NCBI GenBank assembly: GCA_046154225.1
Contig: JBJXEM010000013.1
Span: 27,388-91,387, forward strand
DNA length: 64,000 nt
Direction: 5' to 3'
Origin: Rickettsiales bacterium
Lineage (GTDB): Bacteria; Pseudomonadota; Alphaproteobacteria; Rickettsiales; UBA3002
The notes under the pieces: generated by a model
Seen by the model: the letters and a program-made list of their open reading frames with translations, nothing else
What the model was told of the DNA's origin: nothing
The model's database searches: none
Translations under genes and position numbers: made by a program
Shown here: positions 19,831 to 30,270 of the stretch, piece after piece
How the letters are laid out: every line of letters starts with the position of its first letter
How positions within the stretch are numbered: position 1 is the first letter of the stretch

Positions 19831-22800
19831 CTACTGCGCGCCGCAGCTGAAGCCCTGGGCGAAGCCGGTGCCGAGGAAGCTGTTACCGCAGCTGCCGCCC
19901 ACCGTGTTGCTCACCACTTTCTGACCCTCAGGCCCACCCGAAGCGGGACTCAGGTTCGCCAGTGCCTTCGCATCGACCGGCCCACCGGCGGCGGGCGCGA
20001 GGGTCGCGAAGAAGTTAGCAACTTGGGTGGGCGTCGTAATCGGTGCCGAATTGCTGAGCAGGCTCAGGTCAATCGTGTTGACGTTCAGCGATACCGGTTT
20101 CGCTTCGACGTTGGCCGAAAGGGTGCGGCCCGCGTAAGAGAACAGCCCCTGACGAATCAGGCCACGGCGATTACGCTGGAAATCGTTCAGCGCGTTCTGG
20201 TTGGTGTCAATGAAGTCAGCGTAGAAGACGTCGCCGAGGGTCAGGTCGTCACCCACGTCGATCGTTTTGTTTTCCGCGGCGATCAATTGTAGCGGTGTGA
20301 AATCACGCGCCCGCGTGCCATCAAAGGTCTGACCGCTGGCATCCAGCGTCTGGCCTACCATGGCACCGTTCTGCAGCACAAAATAGAACCCAACGTTGCT
20401 GAAGCTGCTGTCTTCACCTAGGAATTGCAGGCTGCTGCCGGGGATAATTTCCGGCTGCAGTTGCAGCGCTACTTCTTGCCCGTCTTGAAGGACTTGTGCC
20501 TCCAGCGGAATCCGGCTGAACACTGCCCCATCGATCAGTATCGCAATGTCACCGCCGCTGAAGCTGGTATTTTCGACCAGCGTGTTCGCCGACCCGTTGA
20601 ACAGCTCCAGGCCAATCCCGTTTGCCGCGTTCGTGGTGAAGGTTTCGTCCGAGAGCAACACGTTGCTGCTGCCGTTCAAATCCACCCCGATCAGGTTGTT
20701 GCTGAACAGGTTGTTGCGCAGCACGGCGGCGTTGCTACCGCTCAGCAATGCACCGGTTCCGCCATCGCGAAAGAAGTTGCCGTTCACTGCTAGAAGGCTG
20801 TCGCCCTGGCTGTCAAGCCCGGTGGTGTTGCGCTCTACAATGTTGCCAGTCAGCGTACTGCCCGACGTCGCCGACAGAGAAATGCCCGTGTCGTTGTCGT
20901 TGATCGTGTTGGTACCGGCATTCAGCCCGCTACCGCCCAGCACCAGCAACCCCGTGTCGGTATTGTTCGAGAAATTGTTGCTGGTAAGGGTTGCATTGTT
21001 GCTGAAATTAAGCGCCGCACCCGTCACGTTATTGGTCGCGGTGTTGCGCGTGCCCGTGAAGCCCGACGATTGCTGCACCACTAAACCGGTGCCATTGAAG
21101 GTGAGGGTGTTGCCGGTTGCCGAAGCCCCATTGCTGCCACTCACACGCACACCGGCGCCCGTTGCCTGACTGGCGAAATTGTTGCTGATAACTGCGTTAT
21201 CCGAAGCGTTGACCAGTATGCCATCGCCTTTGATGTTGCCAACGTCGCCTGCGGTGCCCGTTTTATTGGTGAAGCCAACATAGTTGCCATTCACCATCAC
21301 GCTTGGGCTACCGGCGATATCGATACCGTTCGCACCGGTGTTATAAACCACGTTGTTCGACACGGTGAGGCCACCCGTGCCGCGGGTGATGATGCCCGCA
21401 TTCGTGGTGTTGTGAATGATGTTGTCATCAATCAGGTTGGTGCCGCCCGCGTTAGTGACGCTGATGCCGTTCTTATTGCTCGAATTCACCATATTTTTGC
21501 TGATGGTGAGGTCTGAGCCGTTGTCGGATTCAATCGCGCCTACCGCATCGGTGGCCACCTTGCTGAGCGTATTATTCAATACCGAAGCGGTGCTCACACC
21601 ACCTAGGTAAATCCCAGCGCGCTGCACGCCATCCACCGTATTATTTTGCACGGTGATGCGGCTGCCGCCACTGAGCTTGATGCCATCCCATGCAATGTCG
21701 CTCACGCTGTTGCCATCGGCCGCAGTGGTGCTGCCAATGGTCACATCGTCGCTGCCCGAGACAAAGATACCGCTGCCCACATCAAAACTGTTGGCTGGAG
21801 CCGTGGTACGCGTGACCTTGTTGCCTTTAATGGTAGCGCCGTTCGACGCGTCGATACGGATACCATCGCCGTTGATGTTGTTCACATCGCCTGGGGTGCC
21901 CGTTTTATTGGTGAAGCCAACATAGTTGCCATTCACCATCACGCTTGTGCTACCCGAAATGTCGATACCGTTCGCACCGGCGTTATAAACCACGTTGTTC
22001 GACACCGTGAGGCCCGTGCTGGTGCGCGCGACAATGCCGCGGCCCGTCGTGTCATGCACCGTATTGTCATCCACCAGGTTCGTGCCCGTTGCACCAATCA
22101 GGCTGATGCCATCACGGCCCGCTTTGTTGACCTTGTTACCAGTTACTTCAAAGTTATTGCTGTCCTTAATCCAGATGCCATCACGCGTCGCGGTGATCGT
22201 ATTATCGGTTACCGTGAAGTTTGGTTTTACCTTAGCGAGCGCTTTAACGAAGGTCGCAACCTTCTCGAACACGCCTGCATCACGGATATGCACGCCATCG
22301 CGGCCTGCACGGGTGATATCGTTCTCATCAATCGAGAAATCATTCGCGTTGCGCACATTCACACCATCGCGGTCGGCGGCGATGTCGTTGTCCGTCACGC
22401 TGAAATCATTGGAATTGGCGATGTTGATGCCATCGCGGCCCTTGGGCGCTTCAACAACAGCTACACCGATATCAATATCGTTGTTGATGATTTTGAAATC
22501 ATTCGCGTCACGCACATGCACGCCGTCGCGGCTAGCATAGATGTCGTTCTTGCGTATACGGAAATCGCTCGCATCCTTGATGTTCACGCCATCGCGGCTG
22601 GCTGTGATGTCGTTGCGGCGCACCGCGAAATCCGTGATACCATCGATATTCACGCCGTCACGATCCACATTGTTGATGGTGTTGCGCTTGATGGTCAGTT
22701 TGCCAGTGAGTTTCATCCCATCGGTCATCGTCTCATCAACAGGCATCACCTCGAGCAATACAGGCCCATCAGAAATTTCAGAATCACCCAGCGTTAATTC

Positions 22801-25800
22801 AATCCCATCAGAATTAGCAGGCTCATCGGTCGATGTAGGTTCATCAACCGCCTTGCGTGCTGGACGCACATGGATACCATCGCGACCCGCATTGCGAATA
22901 TCGTTGAACGAGATTTCCGATTCACCCAGCACTGTTTCAATAATACCAAAGCCGGACTCAATCTGATTGCCATTACCATCAAGGATAACAATTTCTCCGA
23001 AAATCGGCGTTTGCGTCACCGTCAAATCACGCACGTTGATGCCGTCACTATCCACGTTGCGGATCGTGTTTTCGGTGATCAGCGTGTTTTGCGAGCCTTC
23101 GAGATGGATCCCGTCGCGGCCGCTGGTGGAAATTACAGCGAGCGGACGCTGGTAGTCATTACCTTTAACGAGCTCATCGGGCTGCGGTTTAACAGTTGCC
23201 TCGTTGATGCGGTTGTTGGCAATGATGGTTTGGTTGAAACCAATCTTCGGCTCGTCCACCAGCAACGATTCGCTCAGAAGGTTTAACGGCACGCCATCGC
23301 CCTCATCAGGCGCTGCGACGATGAAATCAACCGGGCGGAAGCTGTTGGTGACATAGAGATTACTGCCGAAAATACCGTCGCGGCCCGTGTCGTTGATGGT
23401 GTTATCGACGACGTAGGTATTTGCAACGTTTTCGATATGAATACCGTCGCGTTTCACATCGCTAATGCTGTTGCCCGAGATAATGGATTGGTTGCTGCCA
23501 ACGAAGATTGGGCCTGCGATAACGAATGCATCGCCGTCTAAAACGCTATCCCACATCGACGACAAAACCGTGAGGTTGACGGCGTGAATACCATCACGGC
23601 CCGCATCGCTGATGCTGTTGTTGGTAACGCGTGCGTTATTCACCGTATCAAGGTTGATACCATCCTTATCGGTTTTGCTAACGTCGTTGTTCGACACCAG
23701 CGTACTGCCACCTTCGAACGTCGTAAGGTTCTGGCCATAGATGCCATTACCATCGACATTCTTCACGGTGTTGCCAGCGTTTGCGTTCTCTCCACCGATG
23801 GTGACGTTGCTGCTACCCGTGACATGGATACCATCTTGCATGACGCGGCGTACATTGTTGCCACTGATGGTATTTTCACCTGTAGCTGCATTGATTCGGA
23901 TGCCGTGGCCGTTCGTTTTGCCTTTGATACCCTTGTTGATGGTATTGCCCGAAATGGTGATGTTCGCACCGTTATCGGTCGAGATCGCGCCGTAATCATT
24001 CAGCGCAATGTTCGCATTCGCCACATCGTTGTCGGATACGGTCAAGCCGCTCACGCCACCCGCATAGATACCCACACGTTGCGTGCCATCGACCGAGTTA
24101 TTCTGCACGGTGACACGGTCGCCTTCGCTGAGCTTGATGCCATCCCAGGCGATGTCGCTGAGGCTGTTACCATCGGTCGCTTTTTCGCCACCGATGGTGA
24201 CATCATCGCTGTTGATGACGAAAATACCGCTGCCGACATCAAACGTGTTGGCGGGAGCCGTGGTGCGGGTAACATCGTTCCCTTTAATCACTACATTGTT
24301 CGATGCATCGACACGAATGCCGTCGCCGTTGATGTTATTCGCGAGCCCTTTGTCACCCAGCTTGTTGATGAAGCCGATAACGTTATTGGCAAGGGTCGTG
24401 TAGGCGCTTTTCGCCACATCAATCGCGTTGCTGCCGGTGTTGTAAACCACGTTCCCATTCACTTTGCTGCGGTCGCCCTGCTCGCCGCCGCTGCTGGTAA
24501 GCGTAATGCCTTTACCGGTCACATCATGCACAATGTTGTTTTTCACCGTCACGCTGGCTGAATCGAGAATCGCGATACCCGTCAGGCCGCTGCTGATGGT
24601 GTTACCGCTGACCACTGCATGTGGGCTTGGGTCAACAAAAACACCCACGTTGCCAAAGTAAGAAACCGTATTCGTGTTAATTTGCGCCGACGCCGAGTCA
24701 AGAATGGCAATGCCATCATGCGTAATCTTGCCACCATCGGTGCCGACTTTGTTGTTCGATACCGTCAAACCTTCAACATTGGCGGCATGTACGCCATCCA
24801 CTGACGTGAAATCAACGCTGTTGCCGTCAACGAGGTTCGTGCCGGTAGCATTGCGAATCAAGATACCGTTCGCGCGACTGTTATCGATGTCGTTACGAAG
24901 CACGCTGATGTTGCTGCCACCATCGATTGATATCGCACCCCAAATGTCGAAGCTGCTGTTGTTCAGGCTGTTATCGGCGAAGGTGGCCGTTGCGTTGTTG
25001 CCGGAATAAATACCGTTGAGGGCGATGTTGTCGATGCTGTTGTTTTGCACGGTGAGGTTCGAATTATCCTGCGTACGAATGCCATCCCAACCTGCGTTGG
25101 TGATGGTATTGCCGTCCTTGGCTTTGTCGCCACCGATGGTCACGCCGTCGCTGTTAAGCACTTGAATGCCGCTGCCGTTCGGGTAACCGGTGCTGCTGGT
25201 TTCGGTGATGGTGTTGCGCGCAATCACTGCGTTGTCGCTGTTATCGACAAAAATGCCATCGCCCTTGATGTTATCGTTCGGCGACGAGAGCAGATTGCGC
25301 TTCAGGAAGCCAATGATGTTTTTCTTGATAGACGCACCGTTGCTGTTCACCACCGAAATGCCATTGGCACCCGTGTTGCGCACGAGGTTGTCGGTGACTT
25401 CAAGGCCGCTCGCATTATCGACGCGAATGCCGTTGCTGGCCGTGTTACCGACTTTGTTGTCGTCAATCACGTTCACGCCACCTGCATTATTCATGCTGAT
25501 GCCGTTTGCGTTGCTCGATTTCACATCGTTGCCGCGAATGGTGAGGTTCGAGCCATTGTCGGATTCAATCGCGCCCACGGCATTCGTTGCCACGTTGCTG
25601 AGCGTGTTACCGAGCACCGAAGCGGTGTTCACACCGCCGAGGTAAATACCCGCACGGGTCACGCCATCCAGTGTGTTGTTCTGCACCGTGGCATTGCTGC
25701 CGCCGCTGAACTTAATCCCGTCCCACGCAATGTCGCTGATTGTGTTGACATCGAATTTACCAATACCACCCACGGTTACATCATCACTGCCGCTGACAAA

Positions 25801-28800
25801 AATACCGCTGCCGATATCAAAGCCGGTCGAGGCGGTGCGGGTGATGGTATTACCGAGAATGTTAGCGTTATTGCTGCCAGCCACGCGGATGCCATCGCCT
25901 TTGATGTTGCCTGCAGTGCCTGCAACAAGCGCGCCATTGCTATCAAAGCCAGCGTAACCAATGTTGTTGGAATTAATGTTGGTGAAGGCGCTGTTGTTCA
26001 CATCAATCGCGTTGCCGTTCGCATTGTAAATTAGGTTGCCAGAAACGCTGCTGCGGGTGGCATTATCCGTACCGCCGCTGCCATCCAGCATGATGCCGAT
26101 GCCCGCACCGCTGATGGTATTGTTGCTGACCGTCGCATTCGATGCGTCATAAAGCGCAATGCCGTACTCGAGCGCACCGGTAATGGTGTTGGCATTGATC
26201 AATGCGCCGGTGCTGCTGTCGGCCACTACACCATCCAGCGAGCCCGTGATGCTGTTGTTATGAATGTTGACGCCATTGCTGAGATACGCGTTCACGCCCG
26301 CATCGACGCCAGTGCCGGTGATGGTGTTATTGCTCACTTCCACGCCGTCGCCTGCCTGGAAGAGCAGGATGTTCGCGGCCTGTACGCTTAGCGGCGTATA
26401 GCCAAATCCGCTGAGGGTGTTGTGATCAATCACGCCTTTGGTGCCCGATAGGAACACAATGCCATTCTGCGCAATGAAGTCGATCGCGCCGAGGCCGGTG
26501 ATGGTGTTGTCATGCACATTTGCGGTAATCGTGCCCGTGGCCGAACTGGTCAGGAAAATGCCGTTTTTCTGGAAGTTGTTCACGTTGTTATCATGGATGT
26601 TCAGCGTGAAGTTGCCTGCATCGGCAAGGCTGTAAATACCATAACCCGCTTGCGAACCATTCGCCGGGTTGTTTTGAATGTTGGTAATGGTCAGGCCCGA
26701 CACTTCCCCGCCTGCGTTATGCAGCGCAACGCCCGTAAAACGGTTATTCGCGTCGCCTTTTTTCAGACCGTCGACCGTGAAGTTCGAAAGCGTCACATCC
26801 GTACCGCCATCGACACCAACCACGGCTTTAATGGGATAGCTGCCGGTGAAATTGGTCGCCAGCAGGTCCGGCGCGCTAATGGTAGTATTGGCAGCGCCCG
26901 CACCGGTAAGGGTGAAGTGGCTTTTATTGTTGATGGTTACTTGTTCGTTGAACGTACCCGCACCCACCGTGAGCAGCGCGTGCGCGTAGTTTCCTACCGC
27001 GTCGATCGCCTTCTGGATTTTCCCACCGGCATTCTGGCGCAGCGAAATATCGCCCGTTGCGTTGAGGTTGCCCGTGGTGTTGCTGGCGAACACGCCGCTG
27101 TTATTGATGGTGAGATCACCTGCCGTGGCGGTGATGGTGCTGTTGGTGAGGGTGACGTTCGTTACAGGGTCAATTGTCACCGCGGCACCCGTAATGCTGC
27201 TGCCCGTGAGTGTCACGTCGCTCGGGTCAATATTCACTTTGCCCGTGGTGGTGATGGTGGCGTTGTTGGCCAGAATCACGCCGTTCGTGTCGAATTTAAT
27301 GTCTTTTTTACCTTGGATTTTTACGTCGCTCAGGCTCATCGAATCGGCGTTGAGGGTGATTTTCCCGTTCGCGTTCGCGCCGCCAATGACATTGCTGCCA
27401 GCCAAGGTGAAAATGCCGAAGTTACCCCCCGAAGACGGACCTCCGGCGGTGCCATTCAAGGTGATTTTGCCTTTACCGGTGCTGGTGATGCTGCTGCCGT
27501 TATAAAGCTGCACGCCGTTACCATAGCCCAGCCCTGCACCCGTGATGCCGCCCTTGCCAGTAACTTTAATATCGCCCGAAGCGGTCGTGGCCGAGGCACC
27601 ATCGCCCAGCACTACTCCGTAGCTGCCGTAGCTGCTTGTGTTGCCGCCAATACCATCGAGCGTGATGTCGCCCGAGGTGGTTTCGAGTTTGCCGGTGGTG
27701 CCGGAAATTTGCACGCCGACATTCTGGCCGTTATTGCCGCCTTTACCGTTCGCAACAATGTTGCCCGAGGTGGTTTTTACGCTCGCGTTATGGATGAGAA
27801 TGCCCGCCTGACCTGCACTGCTAGGATTCAAGGGGTCGGCATAGGGGCTGAGCGCCAAGCTGGCGCTTCCTTTCGCGTAACCGTTGCCACCGGTGAGGGT
27901 GATGTTGCCGGCACCCGTGGTGATGGATGCACCGCTTTGCAGCGCGATCGCGCCTGCATTGGCATTATCCGCATCCGAAGTAATGACGACATTGCCCGAA
28001 CCCGAGGTGATGGAGCCAGTGGCCGAAACACCCGCCGTGCCACCGTTGCCGGCCGCACCGCCATTGCCAGGGCGTGCGCCGGTGGCGTTGTTGCCACGCG
28101 TGCCTGCCGCGCCGGCGACACCATTTTTGGTGCTGCCGATAACCACATCGCGGTTAGCATTAAGTGCAATATCACCACTCACGCTTGAAAGCGTGCCCGT
28201 GCCGCCGTTGCCGCCATTACCGCCGTTAGCACCATCGCCACCATTACCGCCAGTGAAGCGGGGCGCTGTGCTTCTGCCATTCGCACCATCGCCGCCGTTG
28301 CCACCATTGCCGCCGTTAGCACCATCGCCGCCGAGGCGCACATCGCTGCCCGCGTTCAAGGTAATTTTGCCCGATTGGGTGCTGACGCTGCCGTTGCCGC
28401 CATTATTGTTGTTGCTGGCATTAGGGAAAGTAGTGCCGTTAACAAAGCCAAGCGCATTCGTGCCGCTCAGACCATTCGCGCCATTCGCGCCATTGCCGCC
28501 CACTTGCACATTGTTGCCCGCAGTGAGGGTCACGTTACCGCCCACACCCGCCGTGGTCGAAGTAATGCTGCTATTCACGATGATATCGTGAATAGCGTTG
28601 AGGATGAGCGAACCCGTGCCGCTCCAGTTGATCGCGCTGAGCACGGTGATGTCACCCGCCTGCCCGCCCGAATTGGATGTCGTCAGCGTGACATCCGTGC
28701 CGGTGTTGAGAATCAGTTCGGATGCGAACGCAAGCACCGCGCCTATCGTAATGTTCGTCGGGTCGAGCAGCAGGTGGCCTTTGGTGCCCGTCGCATCGGT

Positions 28801-30024
28801 CGCATGCAGGTCGGCATAGCCCGAGAAATCAAGCGTATTTTTGCCGGAAACTTCAGCAAATCCGCCATTTTTTCCGGTGCCGAGAATCGTGCCCGAAAAT
28901 TGCGTTGCGTCGTCCGACCACACAATGGCGCGGCCTGCGTCGCCATTTTCGGCACTCACGTTAATCACGCTGTCTGCATCCACCGCCACCGTGTCGGCAC
29001 GGGCCAAATCGCCGCCGCCTTGGTAGTCGCCGCCGATTTTCACTGTGCCGCCTGCGGCTGACCCGCTGGCATCCACGTTGGCCGAAGCCAGCTCAATCGT
29101 TTTGCCGGTGACCGTAATGCTGCCGCCTTTTTTGCCGGCCCCTTTGCCGCTGGCGTTCAGTTTACCCGCCACATGCACGGCGCTGTTTTCACCGCCGAGT
29201 ACGAGCGTGCCGCCATCCATGTGGGCGGTGGTTGCTTCCAGCACACCGGTGTTGTTCACCACGTTGGTGACGATATCTTTCGCCGCGTTGGCGGTGAGTA
29301 AAATGGTGCCTGCTTTCACCGTGCCTGTGTTGCTGACCGATGCGCCATTATCGGCGTTGCCGAGTGCGAAGCTGTAGAGGTTGTCGCCATACATATCGAC
29401 GGTGACGGTCGACGCACCGGCGAGCTGCACCGTGCCGTATTGTGCTTGGATTACGCCATCGTTACGAACGTTCGGAGCAACAAGCGCGACAAGGCCGCCT
29501 TGCGCCGCCGTAATGGTACCGGCGTTGGTGATGCTGGCGTCGGCATTGCCGGGCTTCGTGAAATTCATTTTACCCGCGAGGAAATCCGCACTTTTAATGT
29601 CCGCACTCGAAGCCACCAGGCCCGCCACGTCGATTTGCGACCCGGCACCGAAGACCACACCGTTCGGGTTCACCAGATACAATTTCCCGTTGGCCGACAG
29701 ATTGCCCAGAATCTGCGACGGACGGCCGCCGCCAATGCGGTTCAGCGCCACCGAATTCGCGCTGGGCTGGTTAAAGCGCGTCGACTCGCCGCTCAGAATG
29801 TCAAATCCCTGCCAGTTGATAATGGCTCTGTCGCTACCCTGATTCACCACCAAATTCTGCGCGTTCGGCTGGCTGATGCTGATCGCACCCGATTCCACTT
29901 GCGCGCCCGTTGGCAATGCGTTCGCCGCTCCGAAGGGCATCGCCGCTGCGGCGCCCACAAGGGCCACACGGGTCAGCATCGAAGAATTGCGTAAACGGGT
30001 AACGGTAGCGAATGGGTGACGCAT
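19831..30024 (-). CDS. Giant two-partner-secreted adhesin TpsA1 (3397 aa): TPS domain, Gly/Asn-rich tract, long parallel beta-helix repeats, C-terminal Cys pair
   Basis: Signal peptide, AIINWQGFDI, VALNRI, LVNPNGVVFG, LLDP, many I-x-x-N-x-I...GI repeats. Confidence 0.93.
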   Translation of the reverse strand: MRHPFATVTRLRNSSMLTRVALVGAAAAMPFGAANALPTGAQVESGAISISQPNAQNLVVNQGSDRAIINWQGFDILSGESTRFNQPSANSVALNRIGGGRPSQILGNLSANGKLYLVNPNGVVFGAGSQIDVAGLVASSADIKSADFLAGKMNFTKPGNADASITNAGTITAAQGGLVALVAPNVRNDGVIQAQYGTVQLAGASTVTVDMYGDNLYSFALGNADNGASVSNTGTVKAGTILLTANAAKDIVTNVVNNTGVLEATTAHMDGGTLVLGGENSAVHVAGKLNASGKGAGKKGGSITVTGKTIELASANVDASGSAAGGTVKIGGDYQGGGDLARADTVAVDADSVINVSAENGDAGRAIVWSDDATQFSGTILGTGKNGGFAEVSGKNTLDFSGYADLHATDATGTKGHLLLDPTNITIGAVLAFASELILNTGTDVTLTTSNSGGQAGDITVLSAINWSGTGSLILNAIHDIIVNSSITSTTAGVGGNVTLTAGNNVQVGGNGANGANGLSGTNALGFVNGTTFPNASNNNNGGNGSVSTQSGKITLNAGSDVRLGGDGANGGNGGNGGDGANGRSTAPRFTGGNGGDGANGGNGGNGGTGTLSSVSGDIALNANRDVVIGSTKNGVAGAAGTRGNNATGARPGNGGAAGNGGTAGVSATGSITSGSGNVVITSDADNANAGAIALQSGASITTGAGNITLTGGNGYAKGSASLALSPYADPLNPSSAGQAGILIHNASVKTTSGNIVANGKGGNNGQNVGVQISGTTGKLETTSGDITLDGIGGNTSSYGSYGVVLGDGASATTASGDIKVTGKGGITGAGLGYGNGVQLYNGSSITSTGKGKITLNGTAGGPSSGGNFGIFTLAGSNVIGGANANGKITLNADSMSLSDVKIQGKKDIKFDTNGVILANNATITTTGKVNIDPSDVTLTGSSITGAAVTIDPVTNVTLTNSTITATAGDLTINNSGVFASNTTGNLNATGDISLRQNAGGKIQKAIDAVGNYAHALLTVGAGTFNEQVTINNKSHFTLTGAGAANTTISAPDLLATNFTGSYPIKAVVGVDGGTDVTLSNFTVDGLKKGDANNRFTGVALHNAGGEVSGLTITNIQNNPANGSQAGYGIYSLADAGNFTLNIHDNNVNNFQKNGIFLTSSATGTITANVHDNTITGLGAIDFIAQNGIVFLSGTKGVIDHNTLSGFGYTPLSVQAANILLFQAGDGVEVSNNTITGTGVDAGVNAYLSNGVNIHNNSITGSLDGVVADSSTGALINANTITGALEYGIALYDASNATVSNNTISGAGIGIMLDGSGGTDNATRSSVSGNLIYNANGNAIDVNNSAFTNINSNNIGYAGFDSNGALVAGTAGNIKGDGIRVAGSNNANILGNTITRTASTGFDIGSGIFVSGSDDVTVGGIGKFDVNTISDIAWDGIKFSGGSNATVQNNTLDGVTRAGIYLGGVNTASVLGNTLSNVATNAVGAIESDNGSNLTIRGNDVKSSNANGISMNNAGGVNVIDDNKVGNTASNGIRVDNASGLEVTDNLVRNTGANGISVVNSNGASIKKNIIGFLKRNLLSSPNDNIKGDGIFVDNSDNAVIARNTITETSSTGYPNGSGIQVLNSDGVTIGGDKAKDGNTITNAGWDGIRTQDNSNLTVQNNSIDNIALNGIYSGNNATATFADNSLNNSSFDIWGAISIDGGSNISVLRNDIDNSRANGILIRNATGTNLVDGNSVDFTSVDGVHAANVEGLTVSNNKVGTDGGKITHDGIAILDSASAQINTNTVSYFGNVGVFVDPSPHAVVSGNTISSGLTGIAILDSASVTVKNNIVHDVTGKGITLTSSGGEQGDRSKVNGNVVYNTGSNAIDVAKSAYTTLANNVIGFINKLGDKGLANNINGDGIRVDASNNVVIKGNDVTRTTAPANTFDVGSGIFVINSDDVTIGGEKATDGNSLSDIAWDGIKLSEGDRVTVQNNSVDGTQRVGIYAGGVSGLTVSDNDVANANIALNDYGAISTDNGANITISGNTINKGIKGKTNGHGIRINAATGENTISGNNVRRVMQDGIHVTGSSNVTIGGENANAGNTVKNVDGNGIYGQNLTTFEGGSTLVSNNDVSKTDKDGINLDTVNNARVTNNSISDAGRDGIHAVNLTVLSSMWDSVLDGDAFVIAGPIFVGSNQSIISGNSISDVKRDGIHIENVANTYVVDNTINDTGRDGIFGSNLYVTNSFRPVDFIVAAPDEGDGVPLNLLSESLLVDEPKIGFNQTIIANNRINEATVKPQPDELVKGNDYQRPLAVISTSGRDGIHLEGSQNTLITENTIRNVDSDGINVRDLTVTQTPIFGEIVILDGNGNQIESGFGIIETVLGESEISFNDIRNAGRDGIHVRPARKAVDEPTSTDEPANSDGIELTLGDSEISDGPVLLEVMPVDETMTDGMKLTGKLTIKRNTINNVDRDGVNIDGITDFAVRRNDITASRDGVNIKDASDFRIRKNDIYASRDGVHVRDANDFKIINNDIDIGVAVVEAPKGRDGINIANSNDFSVTDNDIAADRDGVNVRNANDFSIDENDITRAGRDGVHIRDAGVFEKVATFVKALAKVKPNFTVTDNTITATRDGIWIKDSNNFEVTGNKVNKAGRDGISLIGATGTNLVDDNTVHDTTGRGIVARTSTGLTVSNNVVYNAGANGIDISGSTSVMVNGNYVGFTNKTGTPGDVNNINGDGIRIDASNGATIKGNKVTRTTAPANSFDVGSGIFVSGSDDVTIGSTTAADGNSVSDIAWDGIKLSGGSRITVQNNTVDGVQRAGIYLGGVSTASVLNNTLSKVATDAVGAIESDNGSDLTISKNMVNSSNKNGISVTNAGGTNLIDDNIIHNTTNAGIITRGTGGLTVSNNVVYNTGANGIDIAGSPSVMVNGNYVGFTNKTGTAGDVGNIKGDGILVNASDNAVISNNFASQATGAGVRVSGSNGASATGNTLTFNGTGLVVQQSSGFTGTRNTATNNVTGAALNFSNNATLTSNNFSNNTDTGLLVLGGSGLNAGTNTINDNDTGISLSATSGSTLTGNIVERNTTGLDSQGDSLLAVNGNFFRDGGTGALLSGSNAAVLRNNLFSNNLIGVDLNGSSNVLLSDETFTTNAANGIGLELFNGSANTLVENTSFSGGDIAILIDGAVFSRIPLEAQVLQDGQEVALQLQPEIIPGSSLQFLGEDSSFSNVGFYFVLQNGAMVGQTLDASGQTFDGTRARDFTPLQLIAAENKTIDVGDDLTLGDVFYADFIDTNQNALNDFQRNRRGLIRQGLFSYAGRTLSANVEAKPVSLNVNTIDLSLLSNSAPITTPTQVANFFATLAPAAGGPVDAKALANLSPASGGPEGQKVVSNTVGGSCGNSFLGTGFAQGFSCGAQ

Positions 30025-30135
30025 GGGTCGAGCTCCTGTCAGTGAATCGCCGGGCGATTCGTTTTATAATGAGTTTTATGCCGAGTGTTGCAATTATGAT
30101 GCCGAACGCAGGCGGGCAACCTAGCGAGCGCAATA

Positions 30136-30151
30136 GTTAATAACAAGTTAA
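30136..30151 (-). promoter_or_regulatory. CtrA-type binding site upstream of tpsA1
   Basis: Minus strand TTAA-CTTGTTA-TTAAC fits the TTAA-N7-TTAAC consensus. Confidence 0.55.
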
Positions 30152-30270
30152 TTTTTATAACTTGTGTTAAATTTTATGGGAATCCCGTAAATTCTTTATT
30201 TTTCAAAGCATAGGGGAGGCATTAGTCCATTAAATATGTACTAGGCGAGCCCTGCCACCATTAACCAATA

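Noticed and set aside
19031-30024. Contact-dependent inhibition toxin/immunity pair
   Set aside because: No VENN-type pre-toxin motif or toxin domain; the tail looks like an anchor and the downstream gene is SapC
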